Shown here in pieces: positions 16,373-23,397 of a DNA stretch of 38,207 bases; the first letter of the stretch is position 1; each line of letters opens with the position of its first letter. The notes beneath the pieces are model-generated. The model worked only from the letters and a program-made list of their open reading frames with translations, was not told the DNA's origin and did not search any database. A program made the position numbers and the translations under genes. Location of the stretch: UHGV virus genome UHGV-0368255; one strand, written 5' to 3'. The DNA comes from a virus.

Positions 16373-16623
16373 AAAGTATGGTCAAAAGTATGGTCAAAAA
16401 AATCCCTTACTTAGCAAAAAAAGCTCCATCCCTTGCCACACAAGAGATAGAGCAGTTTATTTATTAAGCTTCTTGAGCTACTGGATAAACAGACACTTCA
16501 AATATACCTTTTTCTGGTATATTCTGAACAATGCTGGCAGCTTGAGATCACTAGATTTCTAATATTATCTATAATGTGCAATTTCCTATTATTTCTCAAA
16601 AGTATGGTCAAAGTATGGTCATT
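16373..16623. repeat. two identical tandem pairs of the decamer AGTATGGTCA flanking a ~200-bp non-coding core immediately downstream of int
   Basis: AAGTATGGTCAAAAGTATGGTCA (16373..16396) and AAGTATGGTCAAAGTATGGTCA (16600..16623), same orientation. Confidence 0.5.
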
Positions 16624-16709
16624 TTTTATGTCAAATTTTCATAACTTCTTTTATATAATATTTTCCTCTGATATGATAAGAATGTGAATATTATATAGAA
16701 GGAAGGTTC

Positions 16710-17354
16710 ATGTATATGGGGTTATTCGGTAACAAAGAAAAAAAACTAGCTAAGAAAAAAGAAAAAGAAATAAAGAAGGCTGAACAAGCAAAAATTTTTA
16801 ACTATTTTAAAGATAATAGTAACTTGATCATTGAAGATTTCTACTTTGATGATATCCATAAAAAAGCTTTTATAAAGAAGTCTATATTAAAAAATAGAGA
16901 GCAGTGTGTATTCAACTATAATGACTTAATCAGTTATACACCGATTTTTGAAGGATCAAAAATAAAAAAACATCATGGAATAACTAGAGCAGTTGTTGGT
17001 GGTGTACTAGCAGGTCCTATTGGAGCTTTAGTTGGCGCCGGTACTGGTGGCAAAGAATTTGAATCTGTAAAACAATTAGGTGTTATGGTTCATCTTGCTG
17101 ATAACTCATCAGTTAAATATTTAATCATTAACAGCGAAACTAAACTAGATTCTATTGTAGGAAGAGCCTCTATGGATATATATAATAAACTTGTTGCGAA
17201 ATTAGAATGGATAGTAAAAGAAAAAGAAGGAGTTCCGACTAACACCTCAGAAAGTCAAGCAGATGAAATAAGAAAATATAAAGAACTATTGGATGATGGA
17301 ATCATTACAGAAGAAGAATTTAATAAAAAGAAACAAGAATTATTAGAAATATAA
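16710..17354 (+). CDS. SHOCT-domain protein with a central glycine-zipper segment
   Basis: GGVLAGPIGALVGAGTGG (GxxxG x3). C-terminal EIRKYKELLDDGIITEEEFNKKKQELL is a SHOCT motif. Lysine-rich N-terminus. Confidence 0.55.
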   Translation: MYMGLFGNKEKKLAKKKEKEIKKAEQAKIFNYFKDNSNLIIEDFYFDDIHKKAFIKKSILKNREQCVFNYNDLISYTPIFEGSKIKKHHGITRAVVGGVLAGPIGALVGAGTGGKEFESVKQLGVMVHLADNSSVKYLIINSETKLDSIVGRASMDIYNKLVAKLEWIVKEKEGVPTNTSESQADEIRKYKELLDDGIITEEEFNKKKQELLEI

Positions 17355-17446
17355 TATCAATCAAAAAGATGAGCATTTAATTTAGCTCATCTTTTTCTAT
17401 TTACAATGCAAACATTTGTTCGTATACTCTTTTTGAGGTGAACATT

Positions 17447-17749
17447 ATGTTGATGGAAGGAAAAACACAATTATGGTTTAAATTTGACCCTTCGAATAGA
17501 TTTATCAAAGATTTTTATAAAGTATGGGATTCAGAAGTTTTCTTTTTAGCAATCGAAGATAGCTTATTAATTAATCTCTACTATTCTAATAAGAACTACT
17601 TTAAAATCCCTGCTGCAAAAACTAGAATGAAGAAAGACGTATACTTTTTGTTTGATGTGGTGACTGACGTGCCAGACGCACGAAGCGATCATCGGCGTTA
17701 TGACTATATAAAGTATACTTTCGTTGATCCAGAAAGGTATAAAGATTAA
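17447..17749 (+). CDS. hypothetical protein, second gene of the cassette downstream of int
   Basis: GAGGTGA RBS before the ATG at 17447. Followed by the GGCTACC-taaaaa-GGTAGCC hairpin (17756..17775). Confidence 0.45.
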   Translation: MLMEGKTQLWFKFDPSNRFIKDFYKVWDSEVFFLAIEDSLLINLYYSNKNYFKIPAAKTRMKKDVYFLFDVVTDVPDARSDHRRYDYIKYTFVDPERYKD

Positions 17750-17979
17750 AGTAGGCTACCTAAAAAGGTAGCCCGGAACGGATTTTATCACCATACTTAT
17801 GAAAGGAGATATTTTTAAGTTAGTATTAAGATTGTGTAATATGATGATATCTATATTTTATAGTATCAGTGCTATAAAATCAAAAATAAGTCACTAATTA
17901 ACTATCACTCCAATTATAAGTCTTTTTCCCATTATTTTTTACAGTTATATGGTATGCTTTTTAATGGCTTCAAATATAA

Positions 17980-18043
17980 AAGAGTTTAAAGCGTAACACA
18001 CTTATTGGGGAGTGGTTTTTGGGGAACGCTTTAAACTCTTCTT
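17980..18043. repeat. 15-bp perfect inverted repeat (AAGAGTTTAAAGCGT / ACGCTTTAAACTCTT) with a 34-nt loop containing TTGGGGA x2
   Basis: Read directly from the sequence. Lies in the 825-bp non-coding attP region. Confidence 0.5.
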
Positions 18044-18162
18044 TATTATTATCTCACAATATAACCCAAATGTCTTTCTATTTAAAAATCAAAGTAAAAC
18101 TTTTCAAATATACAGAAGTATAACTATGTGAAACATCCTTTCATTAATCCATAAAAGGATAC

Positions 18163-18188
18163 ATAAAAAAGCCACTCATTTGAGTGGC
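18163..18188 (-). terminator. intrinsic terminator on the minus strand downstream of the tRNA fragment
   Basis: GCCACTCA-tt-TGAGTGGC hairpin with an A6 run on the + strand, which is U6 after the hairpin on the minus strand. Confidence 0.55.
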
Positions 18189-18264
18189 AATGAAGAAAAG
18201 CTTTAGCTTGTATAATACTCTTCAGAAAATTCTAACACAGAACGATTCAAATGGCTACATTAAT

Positions 18265-18324
18265 GTACCCTGTAGGACTCGAACCTACGACCGGACGGTT
18301 ATGAGCCGTCTGCTCTGACCAACT
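18265..18324 (-). tRNA. truncated tRNA: the D-loop-to-3'-end portion (~60 nt) of a CAU-anticodon tRNA (Met/Ile2-type), with no 5' acceptor or D-stem; probable attP core
   Basis: Minus-strand sequence AGTTGGTCAGAGCA-GACGG-CTCATAA-CCGTC-CGGTC-GTAGG-TTCGAGT-CCTAC-AGGGTAC-A shows the anticodon stem-loop, T-arm with GTTCGAGTC, and a 3' acceptor strand. The 5' acceptor strand and D-stem are missing. Confidence 0.6.
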
Positions 18325-18378
18325 GTTAATCAGTGTTCCAAAGGGAGTGATTATACTCTGCTATTTTCAAACTTTCTT

Positions 18379-18557
18379 AAATCGTCTATGATAATCTCAG
18401 TTTATGGTGGCAAAATGGTGGCAAGAAAAAAAGTGAGCATGCTCGTTATTTACGGAATCGCAGCACCGCTCGGTCATTTATTCGGAAACAAGCTACTCTT
18501 GAAGATTTGGAAGAATTAGAACAATTGATTGAAGAACGTAAAAAATCCCTCGGCTAG
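18379..18557 (+). pseudogene. start-less 3' remnant of an ORF (...HARYLRNRSTARSFIRKQATLEDLEELEQLIEERKKSLG*)
   Basis: Open frame of about 58 codons with no ATG, GTG or TTG start. It ends at a terminator hairpin. Confidence 0.3.
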
Positions 18558-18576
18558 AAGAAACGAGGGATTTTTT
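18541..18576. terminator. bidirectional intrinsic terminator (AAATCCCTCG...CGAGGGATTT flanked by A- and T-runs)
   Basis: Perfect 10-bp stem. T-run after it on the + strand and A-run before it. Lies 3' of the minus-strand defence operon. Confidence 0.6.
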
Positions 18577-19168
18577 ACATAGTTCTATGTTCTTGTGCGT
18601 ATTTAATCAAATATTCAATCATCTCGTCCATATTGGTATGCTTACAACATCTACAATCCTCTAAAAATTGTTTAATTGCATCAATATCTTGCTCCCCTCT
18701 ATTTTTTGGAAAAACTTCTAGATACTTTGCTACTTTTTTATTTGACTTAGTTTCATAAGGATATTTCATTTTCTGTAAGACGTTCTCTAAGTTATTCTCA
18801 TTATATATAGGAATAATCTCCTTTTTTAACCAATGAGAAGAAAAAGCTTGTCTATTTTTGTATTCCATAATAACTTTATTTGTAGCATCATCCAAGTCCA
18901 TTATTGGAAAAATTTTTAAATTCTGCGGATATTTTTTTTTCATTTCTATAGTATCATAGTAATTTTGAAAACCAGTATAATTTTTTAATTTTGCATTGTT
19001 TAAAAATCTTTCCAGTGATTTTCCAACTTGAATACTATTACTTCCATTCTTTTCTGACTCAATAATTATTGGAATCTTTAGGGAGCTCTTTAAATAATCA
19101 GCAATCATTTTTTCACTTTTCCCATGGCAAATAATAATAGCAGGAGGTCTTAATATATTATTCTTCAT
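18575..19168 (-). CDS. small partner protein of the ATPase (197 aa) with an E...DxD arrangement reminiscent of TOPRIM/RloB/DUF4276-type nuclease partners
   Basis: IIICHGKSE near the N-terminus and IFPIMDLDD at about residue 90. C-terminal CRCC..H cluster. The start overlaps the ATPase stop by 11 nt, so the genes are translationally coupled. Confidence 0.5.
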   Translation of the reverse strand: MKNNILRPPAIIICHGKSEKMIADYLKSSLKIPIIIESEKNGSNSIQVGKSLERFLNNAKLKNYTGFQNYYDTIEMKKKYPQNLKIFPIMDLDDATNKVIMEYKNRQAFSSHWLKKEIIPIYNENNLENVLQKMKYPYETKSNKKVAKYLEVFPKNRGEQDIDAIKQFLEDCRCCKHTNMDEMIEYLIKYAQEHRTM

Positions 19169-20510
19169 AATTTAATTCCTCGGCCATATCTTCAAAGTCT
19201 AAATCTCGTGGGTATGGAGTACCTCCAAAAGCACCATTTAAATACATTTTTGCTGGATTATTATTTGAGTCTATTTTGTATTTATCAAGTGAATCAATTG
19301 TTTTATTGCCTAATGCATCAGACTTTATGATATACATAGATTTTTTTGGCAGTTGTTCCATTAAATATGTGTCATGAGTAGTAAAAATAATTTGTCCATT
19401 AATAGACTCTATAATATTTTGTACAAGATTGTTCACCAGCAAATCATGAATACCCTCATCTATTTCATCAATAATAACCGTCTTGCCCATTGCAGCATCT
19501 ATTATTAAAGGAAGAAGATTCAGCAGTTTTTTAGTTCCTTTAGATTCTAGTTCAAATGGTATTTCAATAATTTTTGAGTCTATTGTCTTATAGCACATAA
19601 GTTCATAACTTATAGAATCGTCTTTTTCTGCTATTATATATTTCATATCTTTTATATCTGAATACAAAGATACAAAGTATTTACTAACTAATTTTTCTGT
19701 TTCCAAAATTTTATTTTTTTCTTCTTTAGCAATATGTCCTTTAATTAAATCTTCAAGTATTTTGTTTTGTTTGTAGGCCTCACTATAAAACATATCATTA
19801 TCAGAAACTGATAATGTGCCAAAATAATTTAATATTAACATTAGATTGTCAGAAAGATTATTAACAATAAAATTTTCATTAAGTTGTTTAGTATAATTTG
19901 CAATGATAGCTAAGAAAGAATGTTTCCCCCAAAGCTTTTCTATTTGCTCTAAAAAAGCATTGTTCAAATTGGAATTTTTAAACACACTCGGACTGAGATT
20001 GATATTAATTTTATTTTCAAATTTGTTTACTTTAAAAAATTGGCGTTTTCGTTTATCTACTAAATAGCTTAAACGTTCCATTACTAGCTCACTTTTATCG
20101 TTAAATTCTAAATCATAAACTCCTGAGTGTCCATTTAGAATAAATTCATATGATAAACTCATATTTTTTTCTTTTGAATTAATTGTTTTGCAATTTTTTA
20201 CTATATTTGTTAAAGAAGAATATTTATTTCCAAAAAATATTGTATCTATGTGATATTTATTAAGAGCAAATTCCTTTTCCTCGTTAAGCTCCATCATATT
20301 TCGTACTTCATTGTACTTATCCAACTTATTTAATGTATCAGTTGATAATACAAGGATTGAAAATAGATGGATAATATTGCTTTTTCCGGAACCATTTTCT
20401 CCGTAAATACTAATTACATTTTTAGCCACTTTTTTTTGTTTATTTTTATTAAAATCAATAGATAATTTAGGGAAATTCTTATAATTCTGCACTTTCACTT
20501 TACTAAACAT
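19158..20510 (-). CDS. ABC-type (AAA_15/AAA_21, SMC/RecF-like) ATPase, upstream gene of a two-gene candidate abortive-infection/defence cassette
   Basis: Walker A GENGSGKSN near the N-terminus. Walker B VIIDEIDEGIHD and H-loop FTTHD near the C-terminus. AAGGAGGG RBS before the ATG at 20510 (the track extends to 20546). Own TTGACA-16-TATTTA promoter. Confidence 0.65.
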   Translation of the reverse strand: MFSKVKVQNYKNFPKLSIDFNKNKQKKVAKNVISIYGENGSGKSNIIHLFSILVLSTDTLNKLDKYNEVRNMMELNEEKEFALNKYHIDTIFFGNKYSSLTNIVKNCKTINSKEKNMSLSYEFILNGHSGVYDLEFNDKSELVMERLSYLVDKRKRQFFKVNKFENKININLSPSVFKNSNLNNAFLEQIEKLWGKHSFLAIIANYTKQLNENFIVNNLSDNLMLILNYFGTLSVSDNDMFYSEAYKQNKILEDLIKGHIAKEEKNKILETEKLVSKYFVSLYSDIKDMKYIIAEKDDSISYELMCYKTIDSKIIEIPFELESKGTKKLLNLLPLIIDAAMGKTVIIDEIDEGIHDLLVNNLVQNIIESINGQIIFTTHDTYLMEQLPKKSMYIIKSDALGNKTIDSLDKYKIDSNNNPAKMYLNGAFGGTPYPRDLDFEDMAEELNYEE

Positions 20511-20721
20511 TTTAATTCCCTCCTTTAAGTATAATTTATCATACATTATGTCTTAATTAAATAGAATAAGCTTATTATTTGTCAATTTATTTTTATGTAC
20601 TGCCCCTCTGAATGTTCTGAGAGATTTTTTTATCGTTTTGGAATGTATATGCACCACCATATATGAAATTTTTAAGACTCCTTCTAGTTATTATGATAAT
20701 ATTTTACTTGGAGGTGAAATT

Positions 20722-21300
20722 ATGAAAGTAACAGGAGATGGATTATTAGGGTTGCTAGGATCCATCGTTGGAGTAATTGGTGCATACATCTTGGCTGTTT
20801 GGCAAAATAAAAGTGAGGCTAGAAATAAAATGATACTGGAACTGAATACAATCGAAGAAAGAGCTAATACAGTATTAAATTATACCTATGCAACCAACGA
20901 AAATTTAAACGTTGAATTATTTCCAATGCAAATAGAATTGACGCATCCTATGTTTGATTCTGTGGAGAAGATGAAGCGTATTTATCCTTTATTGAATCAA
21001 AAGATTTTACGCCTGATTGAGAGGCTCAATGTTCAAGTTCAGCAGTTTGAAATGACTTTAAACGGAGTGGTATTAGACCATCACAATAATCTTTTACCTC
21101 CTTCATATCACAACGATGATCCAAAATCTTATGTGTTAGTTCAAAGTTATATTTTTGGTAATCAACAAAAAGTAGTAGATGAATATAATGAACTAATAAA
21201 GAGGGTAAAACAAATAAAAAGATCCATTAACATTCCACTATACTTATTTTTTATTAGCAAATTTTCTTGGTACAAAGAGCCTCCTACTTTACATCTTTAA
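20722..21300 (+). CDS. membrane-anchored hypothetical protein, divergent from the ATPase operon
   Basis: GGAGGTGA RBS before the ATG at 20722. N-terminal TM helix LLGLLGSIVGVIGAYILAVW. Confidence 0.5.
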   Translation: MKVTGDGLLGLLGSIVGVIGAYILAVWQNKSEARNKMILELNTIEERANTVLNYTYATNENLNVELFPMQIELTHPMFDSVEKMKRIYPLLNQKILRLIERLNVQVQQFEMTLNGVVLDHHNNLLPPSYHNDDPKSYVLVQSYIFGNQQKVVDEYNELIKRVKQIKRSINIPLYLFFISKFSWYKEPPTLHL

Positions 21301-21338
21301 AAAAAAAGCCCATTTTTCAGATTATATGGGCTTTTTTA
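21300..21338. terminator. bidirectional terminator between the convergent membrane-protein gene and the endolysin
   Basis: A7-GCCCATAT...ATATGGGC-T6. Confidence 0.6.
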
Positions 21339-21360
21339 TATTTAAATACAATCCTAGTTT

Positions 21361-22335
21361 TTATAATATTAAATAAATATCAGAAATCCGCACATCGTTC
21401 ACTGAGCCTTCACCGTTTGACTGATTACATCGGCGCAAAATAATATCAATCTTCTTCCCTTTCATCCAACTAGAATCAAAAGTAACATCAAAACCTAGCG
21501 CATCGCCACCTTGATATCCGTATGCCTTTTTGACGTCTGGACGAGCAATCCCTTGAGATTGGATACGTGTTAATTCTTTAGGTGTCCCGTGTTCCATTAC
21601 CAGTACGTAAGCATAAGTTCCAATTGCACCTTGTGGTTTATCAGGAACCAACCAACCAGCTACACGAACTGTTTTATCTGTTACCTCTTTGAAAATATCT
21701 AGCTTGCCATAAGCATTTCCCTGATGCGTTGGCGTACTTGCTGATACTTTATCATCATGATTCTGATCTTCTGTACTGCCATCAGGTTTCAATGCGGGAT
21801 TATCATAGTATTTCTTGATTTGTGAAATAAAGTAATCTTGCATTTGAACAGTGATTGCTGCAGGAACTGCTAACGTAGAATCATAGCCACAATGTTCCAT
21901 CAGTGAACGCTTAGGACATTCAGTTGCTGAAAATTGATGATGGCATTTGACTGTGTTTCGGTTAACTGGCAATCCGTAAAAACGAAGATCCTCCGCTGCT
22001 TGCCAGAAAGCATTTTGTTCCGCTTGTAGGAAAACTGCTTTTGGTGTTTCCCGATTTCCACGCACTTCATATCCGATATAGCTATTATTACCATCAGAGT
22101 TAGCGACATGCCAAGCACGATTGTAAGTATCTTCTGTCCGAATAATCGTGTTTTCATCACAGTAATAATGAGCAAATCCTGCTTCTAACTGTTTATCGGT
22201 CATTCCTGCCAACCGATTCATTTCTTGTTCTGCAGTCGTGTTTGTCCAAGTATTATGGATGACTACACCCTTCACATCTCCTACACGTCTACCTGCTACA
22301 CCACGACATACTGAATTATTGATAATATTGACCAT
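21361..22335 (-). CDS. endolysin: N-acetylmuramoyl-L-alanine amidase (Amidase_2/PGRP) with a C-terminal cell-wall-binding region
   Basis: Lies after the holin. GGAGG RBS. N-terminal VIHNTW...HYY...zinc-amidase-like motifs. Confidence 0.7.
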   Translation of the reverse strand: MVNIINNSVCRGVAGRRVGDVKGVVIHNTWTNTTAEQEMNRLAGMTDKQLEAGFAHYYCDENTIIRTEDTYNRAWHVANSDGNNSYIGYEVRGNRETPKAVFLQAEQNAFWQAAEDLRFYGLPVNRNTVKCHHQFSATECPKRSLMEHCGYDSTLAVPAAITVQMQDYFISQIKKYYDNPALKPDGSTEDQNHDDKVSASTPTHQGNAYGKLDIFKEVTDKTVRVAGWLVPDKPQGAIGTYAYVLVMEHGTPKELTRIQSQGIARPDVKKAYGYQGGDALGFDVTFDSSWMKGKKIDIILRRCNQSNGEGSVNDVRISDIYLIL

Positions 22336-22748
22336 TATTGTTTTCCTCCTAAAGTATTATTTTTGTCTTTTCCTTGTTCTTCAGATGAATCTTTTAATTT
22401 GCTGAATCGATCTTTCACAAAATCTGGAATCGGGATTCCTAGCTGACCTAAATTCTCGATCACCGAGATTCCATAAACAGCAATGTATGAAAGCACAAAA
22501 GCTGTTGCGACTCCTTCAAAGTTCATGATTTTAAGATAGGGATACGCAATCAGCACAAGCGCCACGACCAGCAAATGCTTTACTACCCCCATTAGTCCCT
22601 TAGTACTATTTGTTTCTTTTCCAGCAAGTCCTTTACAAACTCCTGTAATGATATCTGCAATGACAATCCAAACAAAAATTTGAATATAAACATTGCTTAC
22701 TAGATTTTTAAACTCTGATAACAAAACTAAATTATCAATGATCACCAT
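22335..22748 (-). CDS. holin
   Basis: Three or four predicted TM helices and a charged C-terminus. Lies immediately upstream of the endolysin. The ATG at 22748 follows GAAGGGTGG. The track start at 22763 is a GTG. Confidence 0.65.
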   Translation of the reverse strand: MVIIDNLVLLSEFKNLVSNVYIQIFVWIVIADIITGVCKGLAGKETNSTKGLMGVVKHLLVVALVLIAYPYLKIMNFEGVATAFVLSYIAVYGISVIENLGQLGIPIPDFVKDRFSKLKDSSEEQGKDKNNTLGGKQ

Positions 22749-22780
22749 GTTTCCACCCTTCACTTTCTATTTTTGGCCAT

Positions 22781-22808
22781 ACAAAAAGCGCACTCGTTTG
22801 AGTACGCC
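22781..22808 (-). terminator. intrinsic terminator between the tail genes and the lysis cassette
   Basis: GCGUACUC-aaac-GAGUGCGC followed by UUUUU on the minus strand. Confidence 0.5.
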
Positions 22809-22809
22809 T

Positions 22810-22938
22810 CTATTCTTCGCTATTAATAATCTCATCCGCTTCTTCTTCCGTAATACATAATGGAACAAATTCACGAACCTGTCCTTCTGTAAAACAGCCC
22901 CAGTCAAACATCATTTTCACATCGCTAAAACTAAACAT
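22810..22938 (-). CDS. XkdX-like small protein (42 aa; MFSFSDVKMMFDWGCFTEGQVREFVPLCITEEEADEIINSEE)
   Basis: GGAGGTGAG RBS. Typical position between the tail fibre gene and the holin. Under 60 aa, so absent from the track. Confidence 0.5.
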   Translation of the reverse strand: MFSFSDVKMMFDWGCFTEGQVREFVPLCITEEEADEIINSEE

Positions 22939-22939
22939 A

Positions 22940-23395
22940 CTACTCACCTCCTTCTGATTCTGGATTTAATTGCGCTTTAATTTCTGCAATATCCTTGCTG
23001 TTTTGAAGCGAAGCAAGCATTGTCTTTGAATTGATTTGTGCTAAACTATCAGCTTTTTCTTTCAATGCAGTATTTTCCTGTTTAATTGCTACATCGTTTA
23101 GCATGAGTTTGGCATTTAGCTGTTTTAGGTTGTCGTTTTCATGTTCCAGAGCCTCATACATCGCTTTGAGATTGTTTAAATCGTTGTGATCTAGTGCGTT
23201 CGCTAACACAATCCATTGGTTCAGTTTAGGATCAAACATCTGATCAGCGATTGTTAACGGTTCGCCATCAGCACGTACCCCTTCAAGTGGTGGCTGATCT
23301 GTGTAAGGAACGGATACAAGCATGTCGTCCAATACTTTTCCTGCATACTCTCCGCCAGTACGTCCGTATTTCCAAATGTTTTTCATTCGTTTCAC
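22940..23395 (-). CDS. tail-fibre-associated hypothetical protein with a coiled coil
   Basis: 151 aa. C-terminal heptad repeats. Confidence 0.4.
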   Translation of the reverse strand: MKRMKNIWKYGRTGGEYAGKVLDDMLVSVPYTDQPPLEGVRADGEPLTIADQMFDPKLNQWIVLANALDHNDLNNLKAMYEALEHENDNLKQLNAKLMLNDVAIKQENTALKEKADSLAQINSKTMLASLQNSKDIAEIKAQLNPESEGGE

Positions 23396-23397
23396 TC

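Noticed and set aside
16373-16623. Considered whether the AGTATGGTCA tandem repeats could be a CRISPR or other spacer array
   Set aside because: Only two repeat pairs are present, the repeat units are 10 nt, and nothing between them looks like a regular spacer. The architecture matches integrase or Xis arm-type sites instead.
18265-18324. Considered a complete tRNA gene
   Set aside because: Only the D-loop-to-3'-end portion is tRNA-like. The 5' acceptor strand and D-stem are absent, which fits a phage attP core rather than a functional tRNA.
18379-18557. Possible intact small gene downstream of the tRNA fragment
   Set aside because: The open frame has no ATG, GTG or TTG start apart from a TTG that would give a 16-aa product. 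It is more likely a decayed gene remnant captured next to attP.
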